DNA from: Alphaproteobacteria bacterium
GTDB taxonomy: Bacteria; Pseudomonadota; Alphaproteobacteria; GCA-2731375
NCBI GenBank assembly: GCA_965225945.1
Contig: CBDDBZ010000034.1
Coordinates: 352,280-416,279, forward strand
Direction of reading: 5' to 3'
DNA length: 64,000 bases
Shown piece by piece: positions 40,725 through 49,949 of this stretch; position 1 is the stretch's first letter; each line of letters starts with the position of its first letter. Made by a program: the position numbers and the translations under genes. The notes below the pieces were generated by a model. The model was not told the DNA's origin and did not search any database. It saw nothing but the letters and a program-made list of their open reading frames with translations.

Positions 40725-41759
40725 ATGACGCAACCGCCGGCACCCGAAACTTTCCACGAAATTCCCGCCCTCTTGTCGGCCGCGCCGAGCGCCGACGACG
40801 TGGCGGGCGCGGCGGCCCGGGCGCGCGAGGCTCGACTGACCAAACCCGCCGGCGCGCTCGGTCGGCTGGAGCAACTGGTCGTCTGGCTGGCCCAGTGGCA
40901 GGGCCGCCATCCGCCCGTGCTCGACGATGTGCGGGTGCTGATCTTCGCCGGCAATCACGGCATCGCCCGGCGCCGCGTCTCGGCCTTTCCGGCCGAGGTG
41001 ACGATGCAAATGGTGGCGAACTTCGAAGCGGGCGGTGCCGCCATCAATCAGTTGAGCCGCTTCGCCGGGGCCGAGCTTTCGGTCCTGGCACTCGACCTCG
41101 AGCGGCCGACGGCGGACTTCACCGAGGCTCCGGCGATGGACCAGGCGGAATGCCTCGCCGCCCTTCGCGCCGGCTACCAGGCGGTGCCGCCCGGCGCCGA
41201 GCTGGTGGTGCTGGGAGAAATGGGGATCGCCAACACCACCGCCGCCGCCGCGCTTAGCGCCGCGCTGCTCGGCGGCACGGCGCAGGACTGGGTCGGTCGG
41301 GGCACCGGGGTCGACGACTTCGGCCTCGCCCGCAAGCGCGCGGTGGTGGCCCGCGCGCTGGCCCACCACGGCGACGCGCTGGCCGACCCGCTGGAGGCGC
41401 TCCGCCGCCTCGGCGGGCGGGAGATCGCGGCGCTGACGGGCGCGATCCTGGCCTGCCGCCTCGCGCCGGTGCCGGTGGTGCTGGACGGATATGTCGTCGG
41501 CGCGGCGGCGGCCGTGCTGGCGCGCCTGGCCGAAGGCGCGCTCGAGCACGCGCTCGCCGGTCATTGCTCGGCCGAGCCCGGCCACCGACGATTGCTGCAA
41601 GCACTCGCCATGGCACCACTGCTCGACCTCGACATGCGCCTCGGCGAGGCCTCGGGCGGCGCCCTCGCCGTAGTGCTGCTGCGCGCGGCGCTGGCGACCC
41701 ATCTCGGCATGGCGAGTTTCGCCGAAGCGGGCGTGGACACAGCCGTGGAACCGTCCTAA
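40725..41759 (+). CDS. cobT: Nicotinate-nucleotide--dimethylbenzimidazole phosphoribosyltransferase
   Basis: LTKPAGALGRLE, FAGNHG, GEMGIANTT, GGREIAA and MRLGEASG. Confidence 0.95.
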   Translation: MTQPPAPETFHEIPALLSAAPSADDVAGAAARAREARLTKPAGALGRLEQLVVWLAQWQGRHPPVLDDVRVLIFAGNHGIARRRVSAFPAEVTMQMVANFEAGGAAINQLSRFAGAELSVLALDLERPTADFTEAPAMDQAECLAALRAGYQAVPPGAELVVLGEMGIANTTAAAALSAALLGGTAQDWVGRGTGVDDFGLARKRAVVARALAHHGDALADPLEALRRLGGREIAALTGAILACRLAPVPVVLDGYVVGAAAAVLARLAEGALEHALAGHCSAEPGHRRLLQALAMAPLLDLDMRLGEASGGALAVVLLRAALATHLGMASFAEAGVDTAVEPS

Positions 41760-41857
41760 GTCGCCGCCCGGGGCGCGCCGCCCGGGCGTGGTTTCCGGTT
41801 TCGCCGGTTACGCCATTTGGGCTATAGTCGCCACCGACGGACACACGGACGGACGAC

Positions 41858-42370
41858 GTGAGCAATACTTTCGTCAAGAAATTCAGCTATTCGCTGGAGG
41901 AGCTGATCGAGTGCGGCCACGGCCGGCTGTTCGGCCCGGGCAATGCGCGTCTGCCGCTGCCGCCGATGCTGATGTTCGACCGGATCGTGCGCATCTGCGA
42001 GACGGGCGGAGCCTTCGGCAAGGGCGAGATCGTGGCGGAGCTGGACCTCAATCCGGACCTCTGGTTCTTCGGCTGCCACTTCGAATCCGATCCCGTAATG
42101 CCGGGCTGTCTCGGCCTCGACGCCATGTGGCAGCTCGTCGGCTTTTTCCTCGGTTGGAACGGCCTGCCAGGCAAGGGCCGCGCGCTCAGTACCGGCCAGG
42201 TCAAGCTCAAGGGCGAGGTCGTGCCGACGGTTCGACACCTGACCTGGCAGATCGACATCAAGCGGATTTTCAGCCGCAAAATGGGCCTCGGCGTCGCCGA
42301 CGGCATTATGAAGGCGGACGACGAGGTGGTCTACGAAGCCAGCGACCTACGCGTCGGCGTCTTCGCCTGA
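41858..42370 (+). CDS. fabA: 3-hydroxydecanoyl-ACP dehydratase/isomerase
   Basis: [12 protein letters not shown] and [25 protein letters not shown]. Confidence 0.96.
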   Translation: MSNTFVKKFSYSLEELIECGHGRLFGPGNARLPLPPMLMFDRIVRICETGGAFGKGEIVAELDLNPDLWFFGCHFESDPVMPGCLGLDAMWQLVGFFLGWNGLPGKGRALSTGQVKLKGEVVPTVRHLTWQIDIKRIFSRKMGLGVADGIMKADDEVVYEASDLRVGVFA

Positions 42371-42389
42371 AGCCGAGGAAGGCAGCGAT

Positions 42390-43607
42390 ATGCGACGTGT
42401 CGTGGTTACCGGGATGGGGATCGTTTCGAGCATCGGCAACGACCAGGACGAGGTGCTCGAGTCCTTGCGGTTGGGCCGCTCCGGCATCGTCGCGGCCGAG
42501 GAATATGCTGAGCGGGGCTTCCGCTCCCACGTGCACGGCGCCATCGATATCGATTTGAACGCGCGCATCGATCGCAAGGCGCGCCGCTTCATGGGCGACG
42601 GCGCGGCCTACAACTACGTCGCGATGCAACAGGCGATCGAGGACGCGGGGCTGCAGGCGGAGCAGGTCTCGAACCCGAGATCCGGCCTCGTCGTCGGCTC
42701 CGGCGGACCCTCCACCCGCAATCAGATCCTCGCCATCGACACCGCGCGCGAGAAGAGCGCGAAGCGCGTCGGCCCCTACATGGTGCCGCGCTGCATGTCG
42801 AGCACCAACTCCGCCTGCCTGGCGACCGTATTTAAGATCAAGGGTGTCAACTACTCGATGACCGCGGCCTGCGCGACCAGCGCGCATTGCATCGGCCACG
42901 GCGGCGACCTGATCCGCGCCGGCCGGCAAGACATCGTCTTCGCCGGCGGTGGCGAGGAGATCGACTGGACGCTTTCGGTCCTGTTCGACGCCATGGGGGC
43001 GATGAGCTCGGGCTACAACGACACGCCGGAGAGGGCCAGCCGCGCCTTCGACGTCGATCGCGACGGTTTCGTCATTTCCGGTGGTGGCGGCCTACTGGTC
43101 CTGGAGGAGGTGGAGCACGCCAAGGCGCGCGGCGCCACGATCCATGCCGAACTCGTCGGCTATGGCGCCACCTCCGACGGCGAGGACATGGTGCAGCCCT
43201 CCGGCGAGGGCGCGGCGCGCTGCATGGCGATGGCGCTCGACAGCGTCGAGGGCGAGATCGACTACATCAATGCCCACGGCACCAGCACGCCGATCGGCGA
43301 CGTGCGCGAGATCGAGGCGATCCGCGAGGTCTTCGGCGACGCGCCGCCGCCGATCAACTCGACCAAATCGCTCACCGGGCACAGCCAGGGCGCCACCGGC
43401 GTGCACGAGGCGATTTACAGCCTGCTGATGATGCGGCACGACTTCATCGCCGCCTCGGCCAACATCGACAATTTGGATCCCGCCTGCGGCAACGCGCCGA
43501 TCGTTCGCGAGCGCTGGGACGGCGTCAGTTTGAATCGCGTGATGTCGAACAGCTTCGGCTTCGGTGGCACCAACGCCGCGTTGGTTTTTCAGCGCTTCGA
43601 GGAGTAA
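42390..43607 (+). CDS. fabB: Beta-ketoacyl-ACP synthase I
   Basis: [34 protein letters not shown] and [10 protein letters not shown]. Confidence 0.96.
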   Translation: MRRVVVTGMGIVSSIGNDQDEVLESLRLGRSGIVAAEEYAERGFRSHVHGAIDIDLNARIDRKARRFMGDGAAYNYVAMQQAIEDAGLQAEQVSNPRSGLVVGSGGPSTRNQILAIDTAREKSAKRVGPYMVPRCMSSTNSACLATVFKIKGVNYSMTAACATSAHCIGHGGDLIRAGRQDIVFAGGGEEIDWTLSVLFDAMGAMSSGYNDTPERASRAFDVDRDGFVISGGGGLLVLEEVEHAKARGATIHAELVGYGATSDGEDMVQPSGEGAARCMAMALDSVEGEIDYINAHGTSTPIGDVREIEAIREVFGDAPPPINSTKSLTGHSQGATGVHEAIYSLLMMRHDFIAASANIDNLDPACGNAPIVRERWDGVSLNRVMSNSFGFGGTNAALVFQRFEE

Positions 43608-43668
43608 CGATGGCGGCGAGGGCGAGTGTTTTGTCGCCGCTTCGGCGGCGGCGTTTCGTGGTGGCGTC

Positions 43669-44490
43669 ATGAGCGAGGGCGGGACGGGGCGGTTGATGGC
43701 GGGTAAGCGGGGCTTGGTGCTCGGCGTCGCCAACGATCATTCGATCGCCTGGGGCGTGGCCCGGCGGCTCGCGGCGCATGGCGCGGAACTCGCCTTCACC
43801 TATCAGGACGACGCCTTTCGCAAGCGGGTCGAGCCGCTGGCGGCCGCGGTCGGGGCTGAGATCGTCATGGCGTGCGACGTCGCCGACGCAAGCAGCCTCG
43901 ACGCGCTCTTCGGCGAGCTGAGCACGCGCTGGGGCCGGCTGGATTTCCTGGTCCACGCGATCGCCTATTCCGACAAGGCCGAGCTTCGCGGCCGTTACGT
44001 CGATACGACGCGGGAGAATTTCCGCAACACGCTGCACATCTCCTGTTTCTCCTTCACCGATCTCGCGCGGCGCGCCACCGCGCTGATGGACGGGGGTGGC
44101 AGCCTGGTGACGCTCACCTATCTGGGGGCCAGCCGGGTGATGCCGAGCTACAACGTCATGGGCGTCGCCAAGGCTGCGCTGGAGGCGAGCATCCAATATC
44201 TCGCGGTCGATCTCGGTAAGGACGGGATCCGGGTCAACGGCATCTCGGCCGGGCCGATGCGGACGCTGGCCGGCTCGGCCATCGCCGATGCGCGCTACGT
44301 CTGGCACTACAACCAGGACAATTCCCCCCTGAAGCGCAACGTCACCCTGGACGAGGTGGGGAACGCCGGGCTCTATCTGCTGAGCGATCTTTCCGCCGGC
44401 GTGACCGGCGAGACCCTGCACGTCGACGCGGGCTTCCACGTCATCGGCATCCCCAGGCCTTCATCGAAGGACGAGGGCGGCGAAGGCTGA
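43669..44490 (+). CDS. fabI: Enoyl-ACP reductase
   Basis: GVANDHSIAWG, YNVMGVAKAALE, ISAGPMRTLA and VTGETLHVDAG. Confidence 0.96.
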   Translation: MSEGGTGRLMAGKRGLVLGVANDHSIAWGVARRLAAHGAELAFTYQDDAFRKRVEPLAAAVGAEIVMACDVADASSLDALFGELSTRWGRLDFLVHAIAYSDKAELRGRYVDTTRENFRNTLHISCFSFTDLARRATALMDGGGSLVTLTYLGASRVMPSYNVMGVAKAALEASIQYLAVDLGKDGIRVNGISAGPMRTLAGSAIADARYVWHYNQDNSPLKRNVTLDEVGNAGLYLLSDLSAGVTGETLHVDAGFHVIGIPRPSSKDEGGEG

Positions 44491-44513
44491 AGCCCTCGGC
44501 CAAGACCCCACCA

Positions 44514-45010
44514 TCACGAGATGACGGGCGGTTCGTGGCTCCACTCCGTGTGTTCGAAGGCGCGCGCGGGCGCGTGGCCGGCGGTGGCGCGAAAGCCGCC
44601 CCAAGGCCAGTCCCGGGGCCGCGCCACCATGCCGGCGCGGACCGGGTCCGGCACCACATGGCGGCAGAGCTCCAGGAGATGCGCCTCGCGCTCGACCAGA
44701 ATAGCCTTGTAGCGGCCTTGGAAGACGTGCCCGGTCCGCCCTCGGGCCCGGTCGGCCGCTGGGTGAAGACGCCGTTCAGCTGCCGCATGCCGCCGGACAG
44801 GTTCGCCATCGGTGTCTCGACGAGCAGATGGTAGTGGTTGTCCATCAGACACCAGGCATGCCGGAGCCAGGCGAAGCGCTCGACCGCCGCGCCCAGCAGG
44901 TCGACGAAGAGCCGGCGATCATCGTCGTCGCGCACGATGTCGGCGCGGGCGTTGCCCCGGTTGGTAACGTGGTGGAGCGCGCCGGGGTATTCGATGTGGA
45001 GCGGTCGCAA
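44514..45010 (-). pseudogene. Y1/HUH (REP-associated tyrosine transposase-like) transposase, frameshifted and truncated
   Basis: YPGALHHVTNRGN, CLMDNHYHLL (HUH), then in another frame GHVFQGRYKAILVE...HVVPDPVRAG; the usual YxxxNPV motif has decayed. Confidence 0.85.
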
Positions 45011-45114
45011 TATGAGCCGATCCTAAGGAAGCCGAGCGCAAAAAACAAGACCTGACCCCTAAGCTCTTGCGTGTCGGGACGTATCGTGCCAACCTTTACT
45101 CACACCAGATATTT

Positions 45115-45618
45115 CTAGAGCAGATCGTTGCGTTGCGATTCGATTGCCGAAAGGGCCTTTTTGGTCATACGAAGAAACCGCTTTGCCTCATCTGGGCTGA
45201 TCATCATGAACGGTTCGCTGACGATGTCGGTCGAGAATGATCCGCTGCGCCACGTCCTAATGGAGTACTTTTCACTGTCGGAGTGCGCATAGACCTTGTT
45301 GCGCAATTCAATAAGATTTTTATGCAGTCCCTTTTCCGCCAGGGAATACCCTAGTGGCTCTTTTGTCAACCGTGGCCAACTCTTACTCTTCGTGAAAGCC
45401 CTCGCATAGGATACGACCAAAGCGGTTACATAAACGGACTGCTGGAAGTACACGGATCCACGTTTCTCCCATGGCTTGTAATGCCAGCCTTTTTTAAGGA
45501 TGAGTTCCGCACACTGCTGCGCAAAGACGATGTCTCGGCCTGACACATATAATTTCCCGCAAAGCCGCCTGTCTCTTTCGCTGAGCGCAAGTTCCATCTT
45601 TTCAGACATCGTCTGCAT
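45115..45618 (-). CDS. Low-GC hypothetical protein with HEPN-like RxxxxxH motif
   Basis: Helical ORF containing SYARAF...LHKNLIELRNKVYAHSD; markedly more AT-rich than host genes. Confidence 0.65.
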   Translation of the reverse strand: MQTMSEKMELALSERDRRLCGKLYVSGRDIVFAQQCAELILKKGWHYKPWEKRGSVYFQQSVYVTALVVSYARAFTKSKSWPRLTKEPLGYSLAEKGLHKNLIELRNKVYAHSDSEKYSIRTWRSGSFSTDIVSEPFMMISPDEAKRFLRMTKKALSAIESQRNDLL

Positions 45619-45862
45619 CGCAATAATTCCCCGATGGTAGAATGCGTAGTCGGCCTTTATTGGTGCATTCGACTAGGTTCGTATTCTCAGCAAAACTATA
45701 GCACCTTCGCGCAATCTCGTGAACTATGATCTTAGATTGACTCCTTCGGGTCATCAGCCAACGAAAGTCGAATCCTGTCGCCACATGCGAAACCTCCGGC
45801 AAAGTGGATATTGGCACTCGGATGGTCGCGGTAGGGAAGCGGGTTGCCGCGCTCCCCCCGCA

Positions 45863-45976
45863 GTTACGGTAGGAATGCGCATTGCTGCGCACCCCCCGCG
45901 GTTACGGTAGGAATGCGCATTGCTGCGCACCCCCCGCGGTTACGGTAGGAATGCGCATTGCTGCGCACCCCCCGCG
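45863..45976 (-). repeat. Three identical tandem 38-bp group II intron domain VI units
   Basis: CGCGGGGGGTGCGCAGCAATGCGCATTCCTACCGTAAC (minus strand) at 45863-45900, 45901-45938 and 45939-45976, with no spacers. Confidence 0.93.
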
Positions 45977-47857
45977 CAGATCCGGACGTGGTCGTTGAAC
46001 CATCCGGCTCCTACCTCGGGTGCTTGACGGCAAACCGCTGGTCCGGCCATGGGTGGCGGATGGAGGCGCGTGGCCACAGGATTTCGGTCATGCGCTCCAG
46101 TCGCTTCCAACTAAATCGGGCTCGCTGGGACCGGCGGCGTAGCGCCCGCATCCACCGGCGTTGCAGCCTGCGGAGGAACGCACGGATGAACCGGCCTGAC
46201 CCTGGGACGGCAAAGTAGTTGAGCCAGCCATTGCAGACTCGCCCCAGCCACCTACCAACTTCCCAGATGTCGTGGTGCCAGCGCTTGCGGAGCACCTCGT
46301 CGATGCGCGCCAGGGTCCTGTTGACCCGTTTGGCGACCGGTTTGCGACCAAGCCGAAAGCGTCCTCTCAGGGTCGTCGTGCAATAGTGCGTGAGGCCCAG
46401 AAAGTCGAAAGTCTCCGGCTTGCCCACCCCGCGCTGGCGCCGGTTCAAATCCGCGAACCGGCCAAACTCCACGAGGCGGGTCTTGTCCTGGTGGAGGCTG
46501 AGACCGAACCGGGCCAGCCTCTCCCGAACGTCGCGGAGGTACCGCTCCGCATCCCGCTTGTGTTGGAACCCGACAACGATATCGTCAGCGTAACGGACGA
46601 TGATCGCTTCGCCATCCGGGACGTTCGGGCGCCATTTCTTGTGGAACCACAAGTCGAGCACGTAATGCAGGAACACGTTCGCCAAGACGGGGGAGACTAT
46701 TGCCCCCTGCGGCGTGCCCATACCCGTATCTGCCCATGACCCACTCTCTATGACGCCGGCGTTCAGCCATTTCCGGATCAGACGGATGACCCGCCTGTCT
46801 CCGATGCGGTGCTCTAGGAACGTGATCAACCAATCCCGCGGGATCGTGTCGAAGTACGCCCGGAGGTCTGCATCGACTATCCAGCTGACCTTGCGCCGTT
46901 CTATCCCGAAGGCCAGGGCATCGAGCGCATCGTGCGCCCCCCGCCCCGGTCGGAACCCGTAGCTGAAGCCAAGAAACACCACCTCGTAGATCGGTGTCAG
47001 GATCACATCCACAACCGCCTTCTGGACGACCTTGTCCTCCAGCGCCGCGATCCCGAGCGGTCGTGTCCCCCCGTCCGGCTTGGGTATCTCTACCCGCCGA
47101 ACCGGCGGCGCCCGGTACGCTCCCCCTCTGTGCAGGCGCCGGTGCAGGTCGAGCAGGCGCTCATCCAGACCCTCGCCGTACATGTCCCACGTAACGCCGT
47201 CGACACCGGCTGCTGCGTCCTTCTTCAATGCGAAGTAGGCCGCACCGAGCGCGTCCGGCGTAATGTGGTGGAAGAGCGAAGTGAGACGTTCCTTCGGGTT
47301 TCTCTCTGCAGCTTTCCGTATCCGGGCCGCCGCCTGTGGCACGCTTACCCGACACTGTGTTCGGCGCGTGCTTTGGCAATCCGGATTCCCCTTGGTTGAG
47401 GCCCTTTCCTCCGGCGACTCCGCAGAAGCTCGCGCTCCCTTGTTCGCCGCCCTCACAGGTCGTACGGCCTCATCCGACTTCTTCAAACCGTTCATCATAG
47501 GCTTCGGTTTTCTCCATTCCCTACGCGGCCCCTTTACGACAACCGGGGCAGTTTGAAGACCTCCCAGGGTCCCAACAGAAGGCGTGCGAACGTGCATGGG
47601 TTCTCTGACACCGCGGGGCTCGCCGACATCTCACCAAAACGACGCCTGCGATATTGCCTTCGACCGATCTGAAAGCCTCGGCACCCCGGACCATCGCTTT
47701 TACGGTGCTCAATAGCCCTGCCCATCCATGCCGCTACCGACGCTTCGCCTGCCCCCTCACGGGAGCCAACGCACGGCTCGCGGAGAAACGTGGTTCGGTT
47801 ACTCCTTCGTTCCGGGGGACTTGCACCCCCTACCTTCTGCCAGTTCGCCTGGCGCAC
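45939..47857 (-). mobile_element. Inner group II intron, full length (bacterial class E-like by appearance)
   Basis: 5' end GTGCG at 47857; IEP in DIV; DV GAGCCGGATGGTTCAACGACCACGTCCGGATC at ~45979-46010; DVI with bulged A, ending AAC. Confidence 0.92.
46011..47498 (-). CDS. ltrA: Group II intron reverse transcriptase/maturase, no endonuclease domain
   Basis: AAGVDG, IPKPDGGTRPLGI, SYGFRPGR, GTPQGAIVSPVLAN, RYADD, FDFLG and GWLNYF; ends after domain X. Confidence 0.95.
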   Translation of the reverse strand: MMNGLKKSDEAVRPVRAANKGARASAESPEERASTKGNPDCQSTRRTQCRVSVPQAAARIRKAAERNPKERLTSLFHHITPDALGAAYFALKKDAAAGVDGVTWDMYGEGLDERLLDLHRRLHRGGAYRAPPVRRVEIPKPDGGTRPLGIAALEDKVVQKAVVDVILTPIYEVVFLGFSYGFRPGRGAHDALDALAFGIERRKVSWIVDADLRAYFDTIPRDWLITFLEHRIGDRRVIRLIRKWLNAGVIESGSWADTGMGTPQGAIVSPVLANVFLHYVLDLWFHKKWRPNVPDGEAIIVRYADDIVVGFQHKRDAERYLRDVRERLARFGLSLHQDKTRLVEFGRFADLNRRQRGVGKPETFDFLGLTHYCTTTLRGRFRLGRKPVAKRVNRTLARIDEVLRKRWHHDIWEVGRWLGRVCNGWLNYFAVPGSGRFIRAFLRRLQRRWMRALRRRSQRARFSWKRLERMTEILWPRASIRHPWPDQRFAVKHPR

Positions 47858-47910
47858 CAGACCCGAGCGGGCGCGATTGACGCACTCGGTTCCTCACCTG
47901 GCAGGTTCGC

Positions 47911-48295
47911 TCAAGAGTTTTGCCATGAGCGCGTGAACGTGACTGGCGGCAGGGGATGCCGCTTGAGGATTTCTGCCATCCGGTCCCAGTTCAGGCACCT
48001 GAGGCGGCTGCGGCGTGTAAGCCACTTCCGCCAGATGCGGACGACCTGGTAGCGGAACCAACCGAGACGTTTGCCATTTCCCGTCAGACCGTAATATGCG
48101 CAGTGGCCTCGGATCACCTTAGCGAGGTGATCCCGCTGAGCCTCGATCGGCAGGTGCCGGTGTCTCTTGCACCAGTCGTGCACCGATTTCAGCGCGCGGG
48201 CGAAGCGGCCCTTCGCCGTGATTTGACGAACGACGTCCTTGCCTTGCATCGACCGCCCCCAAACGTGGGTGAAGCCGAGGAAGTCGAACGTCGTG
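47911..48295 (-). pseudogene. C-terminal fragment of a second, divergent group II intron RT/maturase
   Basis: TFDFLGFTHVWG...IRGHCAYYGLTGN...WRKWLTRRS...HPLPP. Confidence 0.85.
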
Positions 48296-48310
48296 GCCGA
48301 CGCCATCCAG

Positions 48311-48489
48311 TGGCGCCCGTACCCTGCAAGCCGCCTGGGCCCTTCACCCCGAACGCTTCGTCCACGGCACCCCGAAACCCGCCCCGCTTCCCGAAGCCGT
48401 CTGGATCAACCCACCCGCCACTTCCACAACAGGAGAAACGAGTCAGTAAATAGAAACCGTCGGTGTCTCAAAGTCGTTGACAGGTTCCG
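48311..48489 (+). mobile_element. 3' remnant of an IS3-family element that truncates the outer intron
   Basis: Reads RTLQAAWALHPERFVHGTPKPAPLPEAVWINPP then stop, followed by end-like TGTCTCAAAGTCGTTGACA. Confidence 0.65.
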
Positions 48490-48630
48490 CCCCGAAGTAC
48501 AGCCTCCTTAGGGGTCATACCGACTAAAATACGCAACCGGCGAAAGTTGGTTCAGCAATAATTGTGAGTCGGACCCGATTTCCTTGGACACAGAATTGGT
48601 TTAATCGAAGTGTCCAAGGAGGACCGGAAC

Positions 48631-49041
48631 ATGACCGACAATTTTGAAAACAAAGTTGCTGTTGATGGGCCTGTGGTAAACGAGGGCGAGCTTGGCTCGT
48701 CCACGTTTTCCCCGGGCCAGGTTTCGCCGGCAGGCCCGCTGGGACTTGGCCAGCGGTGGACGGTGACGCGCAAGCGTGAGGTTGCCCTGCGGCTTTTGCG
48801 TGGCGAGCCGGTGGAACTTTTGTCGCGGCAGTTGGGCGTGGAGATTTTCCGGCTCGAGCAGTGGCGTGAGAAGGCGATCGCCGGGATCGATGCCTCGCTC
48901 AAGGAACGCAAGGGCGATCCGGTAAAGGCGGAACTGGACATCGCCATGAAGCGGATCGGGGAGTTGATCATGCAGGTGGAACTGCTGGAGGCCAAGACGG
49001 AGACGTCCGGCCCTTTGGGGCGGCGGAGGTCGCGGCGATGA
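48631..49041 (+). CDS. Transposase OrfA (HTH)
   Basis: RWTVTRKREVALRLLRGE...LSRQLGV, then a leucine-zipper-like tail. Confidence 0.8.
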   Translation: MTDNFENKVAVDGPVVNEGELGSSTFSPGQVSPAGPLGLGQRWTVTRKREVALRLLRGEPVELLSRQLGVEIFRLEQWREKAIAGIDASLKERKGDPVKAELDIAMKRIGELIMQVELLEAKTETSGPLGRRRSRR

Positions 49042-49949
49042 GTGCCGCCACCTCTCCCGGCACGGGTTTGGCCTACGGCCTCCAGCGGGTCTGTGCGGCC
49101 TGGGGTTTTGCCCGTTCCTCGTTCTACGCCATGAAATCCCGGCAGCAGGCCACCGCTGAGCGCCCACCAGCAAAGCGCCGGGGACCGAAGCCCTCGATCT
49201 CGGACGAGGCTCTGCTGGTGGCCATCGAGGCCGACCTGGAGGCATCCCCCTGGGAGGGCGAGGGACACCGCAAGGTCTGGGCTCGGCTTCGGGTCTGTCG
49301 TGGCATCCGTGTTTCCCGCAAGCGGGTGCTCCGGGTGATGCGCGAGAACAACCTGCTCTCGCCCCATCGCTGCCGCCGCCGTGGCGGAAATCCCCATGTC
49401 GGTGAGATCATCACCCATGCCCCCAACCTCATGTGGGGCACGGACGGCGTTCGGGTGTTCACGGTGGACGACGGCTGGGGCTGGATATTCACCGCCATCG
49501 AGCATTGGAACGCCGAGTGCGTCGGCTGGCATGTGTGCAAGCGAGGCGACCGCTTCGCCGCCCTTCAGCCGATCTCCATGGGGCTTGCGAGGCTGTATGC
49601 CTCGACCTCCGCCGGTGCGGCGCGGGGGCTGGCCTTGCGGATGGATCACGGCTCCCAGTATCTGTCGGACCACTTCACCAACCAGATCAAGTTCTGGGGC
49701 ATCCAGCCGTCCTACGCCTTCGTCGAACAGCCCCAGACCAACGGCGTCGCCGAGAGGTTCAATCGCACGCTCAAGGAACAGATCATCCATGGCCGCATCT
49801 ACCGCAACATCGCGGAGCTGCGGAACGCCGTCCGCGGGTTCGTCGAACAGTACAATGCCCAGTGGATCGTGGAGAAGAACGGCTACCTGAGCCCCGCTCA
49901 AGCTCGTCAGGCGTGGCACACCGCGATGTCACTCAGGCCCGCCGCATGA
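49038..49949 (+). CDS. DDE transposase OrfB (rve core)
   Basis: NLMWGTD, MDHGSQY and PQTNGVAERFNRTLKE; ATGA overlap with orfA. Confidence 0.9.
   Translation: MSAATSPGTGLAYGLQRVCAAWGFARSSFYAMKSRQQATAERPPAKRRGPKPSISDEALLVAIEADLEASPWEGEGHRKVWARLRVCRGIRVSRKRVLRVMRENNLLSPHRCRRRGGNPHVGEIITHAPNLMWGTDGVRVFTVDDGWGWIFTAIEHWNAECVGWHVCKRGDRFAALQPISMGLARLYASTSAGAARGLALRMDHGSQYLSDHFTNQIKFWGIQPSYAFVEQPQTNGVAERFNRTLKEQIIHGRIYRNIAELRNAVRGFVEQYNAQWIVEKNGYLSPAQARQAWHTAMSLRPAA

Larger units (their letters stand above)
45825..48300 (-). mobile_element. Outer group II intron, 5'-truncated (RT/maturase tail, DV, DVI), interrupted by the inner intron
   Basis: IEP tail at 47911-~48295; DV-like GAACCGAGTGCGTCAATCGCGCCCGCTCGGGTC at ~47860-47892; matching DVI TGCGGGGGGAGCGCGGCAACCCGCTTCCCTACCGCGAC at 45825-45862. 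Confidence 0.8.

Noticed and set aside
215-44439. Many long antisense or alternate-frame ORFs (e.g. 4080-5756, 11163-13064, 21267-23429)
   Set aside because: They are Arg/Pro/Gly-rich shadows of well-supported genes, expected in high-GC DNA with few stop codons.
45863-45976. 38-bp palindromic repeats as a CRISPR array
   Set aside because: Units abut with no spacers, no cas genes are present, and each unit is a group II intron domain VI.
46011-47498. RT as a retron, DGR or defence-associated RT
   Set aside because: It has YADD, domain X, a GTGCG 5' end and DV/DVI, all diagnostic of a group II intron.
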